Of a stretch of DNA of 64,000 nt, positions 1-8,979 are shown in pieces. The DNA lies in IMG/VR virus record IMGVR_UViG_3300029953_000007; one strand, 5' to 3'. The notes below the pieces were generated by a model that saw only the letters and a list, made by a program, of their open reading frames with translations, had not been told where the DNA came from and searched no databases. Position 1 is the first letter of the stretch, and each line of letters starts with the position of its first letter. Both the position numbers and the translations under genes were made by a program. The DNA comes from an uncultured virus (IMG/VR IMGVR_UViG_3300029953_000007). Lineage: Duplodnaviria > Heunggongvirae > Uroviricota > Caudoviricetes.

Positions 1-357
1 CCAGATAACGCGTTGTTATACTATAACCGCCAAGAACTACCCGGCCTGGCTCTGGATGGTGATGTTATATTCATTAAATTCCATGAATTACCAGTTACTT
101 GCACTAGTATGTTAAACATTGTGAATATCAAAGATGGCACTAAGTTTAGTGACATTAAAGATATCACTACAGGTGTTTATGACGACGAACATACTACACT
201 GGCCAACTTTGATATCACTGAAGGTTTCAATGATGCGAATTGTATTTTTCTCGGTGAGTTCTATAAAGAACAAGGTACCTGGCAATACCAGGCCCTGGGT
301 GAAATGTCATCAGACACCAATGGTGAAATCGCAAACATTATCCGTCGATTTGAGTAA
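1..357 (+). CDS. TerD-family stress protein, C-terminal part (5' truncated by window edge)
   Basis: Frame is open from position 1; C-terminal FLGEFYKEQGTWQYQALGE resembles the TerD GELYR..GEWKF.A.G end motif. Confidence 0.7.
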   Translation, partial: PDNALLYYNRQELPGLALDGDVIFIKFHELPVTCTSMLNIVNIKDGTKFSDIKDITTGVYDDEHTTLANFDITEGFNDANCIFLGEFYKEQGTWQYQALGEMSSDTNGEIANIIRRFE

Positions 358-378
358 ACGCATGTATTAATTATTAAC

Positions 379-406
379 ATTAAGGGTGGTGAAAGCCACT
401 CTTAAT
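379..406 (+). terminator. Stem-loop, probable intrinsic terminator
   Basis: ATTAAGGGTGGT-GAAA-GCCACTCTTAAT just after the TerD-like gene; U-tract is weak. Confidence 0.55.
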
Positions 407-422
407 TAAAACAAAGAAAACT

Positions 423-572
423 ATGTGGTCATTTTGGATTATCATAGGTATAGTACTTATTGCATTATACCTAGTCTTTCAACCCAAAGTTGAAAGAAAA
501 GTAAATGGCATTTACTTGTCATTTTCAACTACAACTGGAAGGTCTAGTTTTAGAATTATAAATTTATTATAA
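423..572 (+). CDS. Small membrane protein, 49 aa (not in ORF track)
   Basis: MWSFWIIIGIVLIALYLVFQPK...; fills the gap between neighbouring genes. Confidence 0.6.
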   Translation: MWSFWIIIGIVLIALYLVFQPKVERKVNGIYLSFSTTTGRSSFRIINLL

Positions 573-577
573 CAGTA

Positions 578-775
578 ATGGATACATTATATTATTGCAT
601 ACAAGTATTGTTACTTATATGTATTTTAGTAGCAATTTATCGCTTACTATTTAAACGGTCAACTGTCGTATCAATTTATAGAGAACAATTTAACAATAAG
701 CTTTATGTAGCTTTTAATAACTCTATAAGTTCTCTTGTAGAACTTCCTGATGACCATCCACCTAATGCTGCTTAA
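578..775 (+). CDS. Small membrane protein
   Basis: N-terminal hydrophobic helix. Confidence 0.6.
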   Translation: MDTLYYCIQVLLLICILVAIYRLLFKRSTVVSIYREQFNNKLYVAFNNSISSLVELPDDHPPNAA

Positions 776-821
776 TTAGTGACATTAATTAAACTTTTAA
801 AATAAATAATTAAAATGAAAT

Positions 822-1265
822 ATGAATCCTAAAATACGCGAGTATGTAGTTACAGGTGTAACTACTGCTCTAAGAGATGGCCAAACACGTAATGTTACGT
901 TAGTCGGTGTCTTAATTGAAGAAAGTGGTGTAGATACTGTACATGACAGTAAGATTATAAATCTTAAAAGAGTGAAAGTACATATCTATACAGAAGAAGA
1001 AGTTGATACGTATAAAGCTACTTTTAGTATTGGTTTAAGTGTTCTTAATCCTATAGATATAGGTCATTTTGAAGAGGGTAAAATAAGAGCTAAAGGTAGA
1101 GCATTGAAACCTACTAAAGCATTAGTAACTCTTTTTACAACTAATCGATTCTTTGGTGATGATACTGCCAAAGGTATACTTGATATACAACTTAAAAGGA
1201 TTATCGATAATCCTGATAGGTTTATTAAAGTATCAGCTTCAAAATTAACTCCTCGAATTACTTAA
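822..1265 (+). CDS. Hypothetical protein
   Basis: 147-aa ORF with A-rich leader. Confidence 0.75.
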   Translation: MNPKIREYVVTGVTTALRDGQTRNVTLVGVLIEESGVDTVHDSKIINLKRVKVHIYTEEEVDTYKATFSIGLSVLNPIDIGHFEEGKIRAKGRALKPTKALVTLFTTNRFFGDDTAKGILDIQLKRIIDNPDRFIKVSASKLTPRIT

Positions 1266-1279
1266 TTAAAGTACAAAAA

Positions 1280-1897
1280 ATGCAAAATAAAGTTTCTAAT
1301 AAACAAACTAACAGATACAAGGAAAAATACTTTCCTTGTATCTCTGATAAAGACACACCACCTTATAATGATGTAATGCGTGTTATAACCAATCATAAAA
1401 CTGGTGAAAAAGAACGTATCTTCATTAAAGGATTAACAGAAGAACAGAAGATTGCTGAAGGGACTCGACCTGAGTATCAACATCAACTTGAAAAGATAAC
1501 TGCAAAACAACTAAATGAGGAAACAGGTTTAGAAGAAACTGTAGTTATACGTACTATCGGTCGATTTGAAAAAACAGAAGAAGAGCGTATTCAGCTTTAC
1601 GGTGATGATAAGATTCGTGGAGTACACACTAATAAACCTCATCCAGGTAAATGGGTTTCTACACCAACAATTAGTCCTAAAGGTGATTTAATAGTTCACT
1701 TAAAAAATAAAAGAAAAGGAGAAAACTTCAATGTATTTAAAACTACTTATTCATTTAGTGCAGTGGCAGTGCATGAAATTTTTCAAGTATTAGCTACTAT
1801 TATTAATCTGAATCTGAATAAAACAGATGATCATGTACTTAATTATGTTACTAAGTACTACCATCTGGGTAAGACTATATATGGTAAAGCAAGCTAA
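1280..1897 (+). CDS. Hypothetical protein
   Basis: 205-aa ORF in a packed operon. Confidence 0.75.
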   Translation: MQNKVSNKQTNRYKEKYFPCISDKDTPPYNDVMRVITNHKTGEKERIFIKGLTEEQKIAEGTRPEYQHQLEKITAKQLNEETGLEETVVIRTIGRFEKTEEERIQLYGDDKIRGVHTNKPHPGKWVSTPTISPKGDLIVHLKNKRKGENFNVFKTTYSFSAVAVHEIFQVLATIINLNLNKTDDHVLNYVTKYYHLGKTIYGKAS

Positions 1898-2162
1898 TAA
1901 AGGGAGAAAGGTATTTTATAAGGGCGACTCTAAGTTGCTCTTATATAATACTTTCGTATATGAAGTACTTATCTATAAGATAACTCAAAAGAGTTATACT
2001 TTAGAAGACAGTAAGTATATATCAACATCAAAATTTACTAAAGATATAACTAGATATTTTAATAAGAAAAAGATAAAGTATGTTAAACACATAAAACTAA
2101 TAGCAGCATCATTAATATGGTTATTAGAAAATAAATATGAAGAAAATGGAAAAGTTAATTGA
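1881..2162 (+). CDS. Hypothetical basic protein
   Basis: ORF overlapping both neighbours; ATG 1881 preferred over 1827. Confidence 0.6.
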   Translation: MVKQANKGRKVFYKGDSKLLLYNTFVYEVLIYKITQKSYTLEDSKYISTSKFTKDITRYFNKKKIKYVKHIKLIAASLIWLLENKYEENGKVN

Positions 2163-2421
2163 ATTTATTAAGAGTTTATTCATCAAGTCAGCAGAAGCTC
2201 TAAGTAAAGAAAAAGTTGAAATTTTAAAGACATTCACAGAAGCAGCAGACAAATTAAAAGCTCTGAATGCTAAAATTGACGCAACAGCATTAAAACATGA
2301 TGCAAATGTTGCAATTGCACAAGCTAAGATTGATCTTGCTAATGCAGAGAAAGCAGCACTGAATGCTGCTAGAAAAATTAATGAAACTATTGCAGATAAG
2401 ATTGAAGCTTTACTTAAATGA
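2137..2421 (+). CDS. Coiled-coil hypothetical protein
   Basis: Ala/Lys-rich heptad pattern. Confidence 0.7.
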   Translation: MKKMEKLIEFIKSLFIKSAEALSKEKVEILKTFTEAADKLKALNAKIDATALKHDANVAIAQAKIDLANAEKAALNAARKINETIADKIEALLK

Positions 2422-2663
2422 TAGGTTATATTGCAGCAATATTAGTCACAATAGCTTATTTACCTCAACTTTATATAACTATTTTTATAACACATAAGTG
2501 TGCGTTAAGTTGGGCTACACTATTAATTTTACTAACTGCTATGTTATTATGGACTATGCACGCTATGGATTGTAGTGATTGGTCACTTTTTATAAGTAGT
2601 ATGCTTAGTTTTATGCAATTGTTTATACTTTCCCTTTACAAAATTAAAAAACAGAGATTATGA
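2418..2663 (+). CDS. SemiSWEET/PQ-loop family 3-TM transporter subunit, copy A (divergent)
   Basis: IGYIAAILVTIAYLPQ (PQ motif), three hydrophobic helices, LW in TM2. Confidence 0.75.
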   Translation: MIGYIAAILVTIAYLPQLYITIFITHKCALSWATLLILLTAMLLWTMHAMDCSDWSLFISSMLSFMQLFILSLYKIKKQRL

Positions 2664-2896
2664 TAGGATATATAGCCGCAATATTAATTACAATTGCATT
2701 TCTCCCACAAGTGTATGATACTTTTAAGACTAAAAGATGTACACTTACTTGGACTACATTAACAATTTTATTAACTGCTAAAATATTGTGGTCTATTTAT
2801 GCTATACAAACAAGAGATTGGCCGCTTTTAGGTAGTAATACATTTAATGTATTACAGTTAGTCCTTATGTTACATTATAAAATTAAAAATAAATGA
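2660..2896 (+). CDS. SemiSWEET/PQ-loop family 3-TM transporter subunit, copy B
   Basis: IGYIAAILITIAFLPQVYDTFKTK, LWSIYA, DWPLLGSN: canonical PQ, W and P..N positions present. Confidence 0.85.
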   Translation: MIGYIAAILITIAFLPQVYDTFKTKRCTLTWTTLTILLTAKILWSIYAIQTRDWPLLGSNTFNVLQLVLMLHYKIKNK

Positions 2897-3090
2897 CACT
2901 ACTTGAAATCATATTAAGTATTATACTATGGGTTATAATTGGTTTTTGGATAAACTTTAAACTTTCTATTGCATATGACAGACCACAGTTTGATGATGAT
3001 GTAGTAATAGTACCTTGTGTAATGTTTGCACCAATTATGTTAGTGCTCACCCTTATTAATCAATTCATATTTAAAGATTGGGTAGAATGA
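2893..3090 (+). CDS. Small 2-TM membrane protein
   Basis: Two hydrophobic segments; ATGA overlap with upstream gene. Confidence 0.65.
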   Translation: MTLLEIILSIILWVIIGFWINFKLSIAYDRPQFDDDVVIVPCVMFAPIMLVLTLINQFIFKDWVE

Positions 3091-3350
3091 CAGAGGAAAT
3101 AGAAGAACTCTATATAATGACCATTAGAGCTCTCATGAGACGTGAAGAATTATTAACTTCATATAATGATTCTTGTGAAGGCTATGTATCACATGAGCAA
3201 TATGAAGATAAAGTCGAGGAAATAGAAGGTAGGTATAAGATAGATTATGATATGTTGAATAATCCTAAGAATCTAGAAATTCTAAAACCTATATTCAAGT
3301 TTGCATTTGACGATATAACAATTGAGCAAGTAAAGAATATTCTAATATGA
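3087..3350 (+). CDS. Hypothetical protein
   Basis: ATGA-coupled ORF. Confidence 0.65.
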   Translation: MTEEIEELYIMTIRALMRREELLTSYNDSCEGYVSHEQYEDKVEEIEGRYKIDYDMLNNPKNLEILKPIFKFAFDDITIEQVKNILI

Positions 3351-3688
3351 CACCATATGAGAAACAACTCTATCTAAATCATTTTGATAAGTTAACAAGA
3401 GAACCAAAAGAGATAAAACCAATAGCACCTTTTGCAGATAGTAAATACTTTACTAATCACAAATTTAAAGAAGAAGAACCTGGAGTCTTTATTAAAGAAG
3501 AGAAGGTTTATAGTCAAAACCCTATGACTGGTGCTCCAACAGGTGAATTAACAAGAGTAATCAAATTTAAAGTTTATGATGTAGATCCTGAATATGGAAC
3601 TAACATTGAATTTTATATTGATAACCAATTACAAGTCTCAGGATACTACCAAGACTTAGCGGATTTTCAAACAACATTTAAAATATGA
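3347..3688 (+). CDS. Hypothetical protein
   Basis: ATGA-coupled ORF. Confidence 0.7.
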   Translation: MTPYEKQLYLNHFDKLTREPKEIKPIAPFADSKYFTNHKFKEEEPGVFIKEEKVYSQNPMTGAPTGELTRVIKFKVYDVDPEYGTNIEFYIDNQLQVSGYYQDLADFQTTFKI

Positions 3689-4584
3689 TAATAGACCTAA
3701 CTGATAGTTCAAAGCTTAGTCTTAAATATGAAATTCTTAAATTTCCTGATGGACATAAGCATATTAAACTTGATCAACCTCATTACCTTTTAAGTAGTGA
3801 GGATCTTACTATTAAAACTAGAATTAAGAATTATGATGATATTTTCATCCTTAAGCAATTAGTAAGTATAATACGAAGTGTAAATCCAAGTATAAATATT
3901 CAACTTCATATTTTCTATTTATTAGCTTCACGTTATGATCGTTCTATGTTTGAACACGATAGCTTTGATCTTAAGACAGTATGTAATGACATTGACTCTT
4001 TAAAGTTTAATAAGGTGATTGTGTATGAACCGCATTCTAATGTTACAACTACTTTACTTAGTAATTGTGAAGTAAGACATCCACTTGACAGTGAAGTAAT
4101 GTTAAAATTAAATGATTATAAAGATAGTGAAGTTTGCTTTGTAGTTCCAGACTTCGGAGCAGTTAAGCGCATTGAGAATTTCTTAAGTATTATTAAGCGA
4201 GATATTAACATTGTTTATTCAAATAAACATCGTAATGTCTTAACAGGTGAAATAACAGGTATTGATATACTTAATCCTGATTTACTAAAACAGAATGTGA
4301 TTATTTATGATGATTTATGTGATGGTGGTCGTACATTTACTGAATTAGCTAAAACATTGAGAACTTTAAAATATCCAACTATTCACACAAGGTTAGGGTT
4401 ACCAATAGAAGGAGCAAGTATTGTTAAACACATTACTTTATTTGTAACTCATGGGATCTTTAGTAAGAGTGTTGAGATACTACTTAAAGAGAATGATGAA
4501 GGTAGTTACTTAAATGAAATTTATACAACAAATTCTTATCAAGAACAAACTGATAGAAGAAACTTTAATGTAATACAATTATGA
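3685..4584 (+). CDS. PRPP-synthetase-like protein (probable Adps, ADPR-PP synthetase of NARP1 type)
   Basis: KFPDG, SRYDR, EPHS, VVPDFGA, IIYDDLCDGGRTF (PRPP-binding loop), VTHGIFS; lies near a Nampt-like gene. Confidence 0.88.
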   Translation: MIIDLTDSSKLSLKYEILKFPDGHKHIKLDQPHYLLSSEDLTIKTRIKNYDDIFILKQLVSIIRSVNPSINIQLHIFYLLASRYDRSMFEHDSFDLKTVCNDIDSLKFNKVIVYEPHSNVTTTLLSNCEVRHPLDSEVMLKLNDYKDSEVCFVVPDFGAVKRIENFLSIIKRDINIVYSNKHRNVLTGEITGIDILNPDLLKQNVIIYDDLCDGGRTFTELAKTLRTLKYPTIHTRLGLPIEGASIVKHITLFVTHGIFSKSVEILLKENDEGSYLNEIYTTNSYQEQTDRRNFNVIQL

Positions 4585-4967
4585 TAGAAACAGAAAAACA
4601 ATATAGATTACCTAAATGGTTTGCTGATAAATGGCTTGAGGCTTTAGAGAGCGGTGAATACAAACAAGCAAAAGAAGCTTTAAAACGTAATTTATATGGA
4701 CCTGTAGGTATAGGATACTGTTGTATAGGAGTAGCTGGTTTAGTTTGCGGTATTCATAGCCATAATCTATATGGTGATTATTTAAATAGTAATAACACTA
4801 AAGGTTATAGAGTTCCTAAAGAACTAATGTGGGAACACAACAACCATAATGATTTATCAAACATGTTATCATTTTTAAACGACGATGAAGGTTTTACCTT
4901 TCATCAGATAGCGCAATGGGTAAGAGATAATGTTGAGATCTATGAGGAGGAAGAAAGTGGAACTTAA
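4581..4967 (+). CDS. Conserved-looking phage hypothetical protein
   Basis: KWLEALESGEYKQ...YCCIGV...LNDDEGFTFHQIAQW. Confidence 0.75.
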   Translation: MIETEKQYRLPKWFADKWLEALESGEYKQAKEALKRNLYGPVGIGYCCIGVAGLVCGIHSHNLYGDYLNSNNTKGYRVPKELMWEHNNHNDLSNMLSFLNDDEGFTFHQIAQWVRDNVEIYEEEESGT

Positions 4968-5028
4968 TTATATAGAAGGGAATCTCATATCTCTAGCTAA
5001 GGAAAATCTCCGTAAAGTCTTTAGATAG
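4942..5028 (+). pseudogene. Possible N-terminal remnant of a macrodomain gene
   Basis: 28-aa ORF ..ELNYIEGNLISLAKEN.. resembles the start of phage macrodomains, then stops. Confidence 0.3.
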
Positions 5029-5072
5029 TTAATAGTAGTCGAATTTAAACAATAAATTTTAAATAAATGTAA

Positions 5073-6722
5073 ATGAAAATATTACCAGTATTACTGTCAG
5101 ATTCCTATAAGCAATTTCACCATTTATTCTATCCTAAAGGAATGACAAAGTTATATTCTAATATGACACCTCGTTCATCAAGGTTAGGAACAGATTATGC
5201 GATATGGTTTGGTTTAAACTATTATCTTAAAGAATATTTACATAAACAATGGAATGAATTATTCTTTGATCGTCCTATTGAGGATATAGTTAAAGAATAT
5301 AAACGCTTCCATAAACATTTTAGTTTTGTGGATGTAACAACTGACCATATAGAGAAACTACATGAGTTAGGTTATCTTCCACTTCTAATTAAAGCATTAC
5401 CAGAAGGTTCGATAGTTCCAATTAAAGTACCATTCTACACAATTACAAATACACATCCAGACTTTGCTTGGTTAGTTAACTTCCTTGAGACTCAAATGTC
5501 AACAGTAATTTGGGATCTAACTACAGTTGCAACAGTTAGTTATCAGTATCGCCTTTTATTGAGTAAGTGGGCATTGAAAACTACAGGTAGTGTTGAAGGA
5601 GTACAGTGGCAAGGACATGACTTTAGTCAAAGAGGTCGTAGTTCTACAGAGTCGACACAAAATCAGGCAGGTCATCTTCTATCTTTTACTGGAACTGATA
5701 CAATACCAGCAGTATTAATGCTCGAAGAATACTATAATGCAAACATAGAGAAGGAGCTTGTTGGCTCATCAGTTCCTGCTAGCGAGCATTCTATAGCAAC
5801 CTCATATGGAAAAGAGAATGAACTTCTATCATTTAGAAGGATATTACAACAATTTCCTACAGGTATAGTATCAATGGTAAGTGATAGTTATGATCTATGG
5901 AAGGTTTTAACTGAATTCTTACCTATTTTGAAGGATGAAATTTTAGCACGTGATGGTAAAGCTGTTCTTCGTCCTGATAGTGGTGATCCAGTTGATATTA
6001 TATGTGGAACTAATACAAGTATACATGGTGTAAATGCATGGTACTCACCAGTAAACGATAATTCACCTATTAGAAAAGGTGTAATTGAACTTCTTTGGGA
6101 TGTATTTGGTGGAACTATCAATGAACAAGGTTATAAAGTTCTTGATCCACATATTGGTGCTATCTATGGAGACTCTATTACTTTAAAACGTGCAGAAGAA
6201 ATCTGTCAACGTCTTGAAGCTAAAGGTTTTGCATCTACAAACATTGTTCTAGGAATAGGCAGTTATACTTTTAATTATCAGACGAGAGACTCCCTGGGTA
6301 TTGCAGTTAAATCAACTTATTGTGAAGTAGCTTATCCATTAACTCTAACTAACCATGATGATAAAGTCTTTGGTGTAAGAGAAGATGGGACAGAGTTAGA
6401 ACTTATAGGTTTTCCTATTGAACAATTTGTAGGAGGTATGCTAGCTGAACACCCAATCTATGAAATAGAGCAACGTGAAATCTTTAAAGATCCAATTACA
6501 GACGATGGAACTAAGAAATCAGCAAAAGGTTTACTTCGAGTTGATAAAGACCCATCAGGTAAATTCTACCTAACTGATCAGGTAACACAAGAAGAGGAAG
6601 AAGGTGGTGAATTAATACCTGTATTTGAAGATGGTTATCTGTTAGTTGATCCAACTTTAGCTGAGATACGTGCTAGGATTAATGAAAACATTAATAAAAC
6701 TTTAAATGAGCTTTCAAACTAA
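5073..6722 (+). CDS. nadV: Nicotinamide phosphoribosyltransferase-like (Nampt/NadV; possibly Namat)
   Basis: DSYK, HDFSQRG, GTDTIPA, VPASEHS, VSDSYD, RPDSGDP, IYGDSIT, FKDPITDDGTKKSAKG. Confidence 0.93.
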   Translation: MKILPVLLSDSYKQFHHLFYPKGMTKLYSNMTPRSSRLGTDYAIWFGLNYYLKEYLHKQWNELFFDRPIEDIVKEYKRFHKHFSFVDVTTDHIEKLHELGYLPLLIKALPEGSIVPIKVPFYTITNTHPDFAWLVNFLETQMSTVIWDLTTVATVSYQYRLLLSKWALKTTGSVEGVQWQGHDFSQRGRSSTESTQNQAGHLLSFTGTDTIPAVLMLEEYYNANIEKELVGSSVPASEHSIATSYGKENELLSFRRILQQFPTGIVSMVSDSYDLWKVLTEFLPILKDEILARDGKAVLRPDSGDPVDIICGTNTSIHGVNAWYSPVNDNSPIRKGVIELLWDVFGGTINEQGYKVLDPHIGAIYGDSITLKRAEEICQRLEAKGFASTNIVLGIGSYTFNYQTRDSLGIAVKSTYCEVAYPLTLTNHDDKVFGVREDGTELELIGFPIEQFVGGMLAEHPIYEIEQREIFKDPITDDGTKKSAKGLLRVDKDPSGKFYLTDQVTQEEEEGGELIPVFEDGYLLVDPTLAEIRARINENINKTLNELSN

Positions 6723-7062
6723 AGTTAACAATTGGGTTATAGAGTGTTTTGGAGAAGAGATTCTATTTGATAAACATGAGAGAGGTCAGAGATTCATTGA
6801 AGAAGCTATAGAACTTGTACAATCAACTGGTCTATCTAGAGAAACTGTATTAAAGCTGGTTGATTATGTATACAATAGACCAGTAGGTGAAGTTTATCAA
6901 GAAGTTGGTGGAGTTATAGTTACTTTAGCAGCTTTGTGTACATGTTTTGGAGAGAATCTAGAAGTTTGTAAACAATTAGAATTAAGTAGGATCTCTCTAC
7001 CTGAAGCTATAATCAAAATAAGAGAAAAACAAAAATTAAAACCAAGATATGAAAATAATTAA
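6706..7062 (+). CDS. MazG-like all-alpha NTP pyrophosphatase
   Basis: RFIEEAIELVQ...QEVGGVIVTLAAL. Confidence 0.6.
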   Translation: MSFQTKVNNWVIECFGEEILFDKHERGQRFIEEAIELVQSTGLSRETVLKLVDYVYNRPVGEVYQEVGGVIVTLAALCTCFGENLEVCKQLELSRISLPEAIIKIREKQKLKPRYENN

Positions 7063-7243
7063 AACTATAGGAGTAATTCTCCTATCGATTATTATAGCTA
7101 TAGTACTAGCTGTATTAGTGTACTTCTTACTTAAAGTGATGCTCTATATCTTTATATTAGTAGTAATATTTGTGATAGTAGCAATTTGTTATACTCTTCA
7201 CATGGCAACAAAATGGATCAAAAGCAGAAGGCTTTTAAATTAA
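7049..7243 (+). CDS. Membrane protein
   Basis: Long hydrophobic stretch with a basic tail. Confidence 0.65.
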   Translation: MKIIKTIGVILLSIIIAIVLAVLVYFLLKVMLYIFILVVIFVIVAICYTLHMATKWIKSRRLLN

Positions 7244-7250
7244 GATAACA

Positions 7251-7292
7251 ATTAAGGTGGAGTTTTTACTCCGTTAAGCTTCACCTTTTAAT
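7251..7292 (+). terminator. Stem-loop, probable terminator
   Basis: AAGGTGGAG...CTTCACCTT followed by TT; an alternative inner hairpin GGAGT-TTTT-ACTCC is possible. Confidence 0.45.
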
Positions 7293-7316
7293 CTAACATA
7301 ATGGAGTGAGGATTGA

Positions 7317-7658
7317 ATGGAACAAGAACAGTGTATTAAAGCAAGATTAGTTGGAAGATTAGATGAAGGATCGTATGTTAAATACGTATTTGAAGATCTA
7401 TTATTTACAAATCGAAAGCATCAATTTATAACTATGACTAAGTGTCCTAATTGGAATAGTCAAGAAATAATACCCATGCAAGAAGGATTTGTAACTTATA
7501 AGTATGTTGAAGCAGGTAAAGACACCTATTGGTGTAATCAAGCTCAAACATATAAACTGTACAGCTATACAGCTATTTACTTTCTGAGTTTTGTCCCTAT
7601 TACACATGTATTAACTAATGGTTTTGTAACTAGTAGTAATACATTAAAAGTTTCTTAA
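7317..7658 (+). CDS. Hypothetical protein
   Basis: 113-aa ORF with purine-rich leader. Confidence 0.75.
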   Translation: MEQEQCIKARLVGRLDEGSYVKYVFEDLLFTNRKHQFITMTKCPNWNSQEIIPMQEGFVTYKYVEAGKDTYWCNQAQTYKLYSYTAIYFLSFVPITHVLTNGFVTSSNTLKVS

Positions 7659-7781
7659 TAAAGCTGTATAACAGCAATCTAAACATTTATTTAATGATGA
7701 TAAACAAAATACATAAAATACATTGAGTAATGTAAACATCAGTATTAACCAGTTCATTGCCTGTAATAGGAGAGAAGAACA

Positions 7782-8114
7782 TTGAAAGCAGAGGTCGGTA
7801 ATCTCTTATTCATAAAGGATAAGAATGACACAACAAAGAAAAGACCATACATATGTATACACATCTTTACTAATAAAGTAGGTGTACCTTATGATTGGTT
7901 AGTTGTACCTATAACGTCAACAGATAATGTAGGTATCAATAATTTGGTTGAGATAGAACACAGTAAGCTATGTTGTAAATCATATGCTAAGATAAACAAT
8001 ATAGAATCTATATCATGGACAGATGATATTGAATTTGCTAAGAAGAAATTTGATAGCAAATATGTAAAAGATATACTAGATAAATTGAGAGAGGTTTTAT
8101 TATATACACTATAA
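7782..8114 (+). CDS. PemK/MazF-like endoribonuclease
   Basis: KKRPYICI...WLVVPITST; size and motif order match the PemK family; AGGAGA upstream of a TTG start. Confidence 0.7.
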   Translation: MKAEVGNLLFIKDKNDTTKKRPYICIHIFTNKVGVPYDWLVVPITSTDNVGINNLVEIEHSKLCCKSYAKINNIESISWTDDIEFAKKKFDSKYVKDILDKLREVLLYTL

Positions 8115-8115
8115 G

Positions 8116-8979
8116 ATGAGCGAGACAGCTTTTGGGGAAAAATTAGAAATGGCAATTGAACAAGGTAGCTATTTTACAAAAAATTACATTTGGAAAGGTA
8201 AGAAGGAGAAGGATGCTTCTGGGAACTTTACACAAGAAATAGTTGCATTAGCAGATGCAACAGAGGAACAACTTCGTCGGTTCTATCAACATTGTATCTC
8301 TATGTTGTACAATCAAGATAGGCAAAATCCTGGAAGACGCCCTTTACTTGATATTGTACAGTCACAGAAAGATAGATGTGGGGTTGAGCTTTACCTACGT
8401 GAATCAGAATCACAAAATATATCACGTTATAGTATCTTAGAAAACATTAAGAAAACTATTATGTTTAGTGGTATTACAAATGATCAAGTTAAAAAATATA
8501 CTCTTAAAGACTTTATTAAAGTGAGTTCTCAGTTTGAAGATTTACCTATAAAGTTAGTACAAGAAGGTTGTATGCAACGTCTAGGTAAGTTTGACAAATC
8601 TCATATTACACTTACATTTATACTTAAACAAGGTTTAAAGATAAATGAAGAAGAAGAACAAGACCTTATAGAATATGATCTTGATGATAGAGGTAATAGA
8701 ATTAAACGTAATTATATTGAGGTTATTCGTGAACGTCTTAATATAGTTGATCATATGAGAGTTAAACTCGATGCTAAAGGTTTAAGTTATACACAACTTC
8801 GTGCTATGATGACCCTTAAATCACGTTATTATAATGAACTTACAACTGAGCAACTTCGCACTTTAAGAAATATAATATTATTCGCTCTTGAGGATGATAT
8901 AATGTTTCACATACAACAATGGGAAGAACGAGTAACACAGATTAAAGAAGTAGCTGAATTTAAAGGTATAACTTTATAA
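8116..8979 (+). CDS. Hypothetical protein preceding PolB
   Basis: 287-aa ORF abutting the polymerase gene. Confidence 0.8.
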   Translation: MSETAFGEKLEMAIEQGSYFTKNYIWKGKKEKDASGNFTQEIVALADATEEQLRRFYQHCISMLYNQDRQNPGRRPLLDIVQSQKDRCGVELYLRESESQNISRYSILENIKKTIMFSGITNDQVKKYTLKDFIKVSSQFEDLPIKLVQEGCMQRLGKFDKSHITLTFILKQGLKINEEEEQDLIEYDLDDRGNRIKRNYIEVIRERLNIVDHMRVKLDAKGLSYTQLRAMMTLKSRYYNELTTEQLRTLRNIILFALEDDIMFHIQQWEERVTQIKEVAEFKGITL

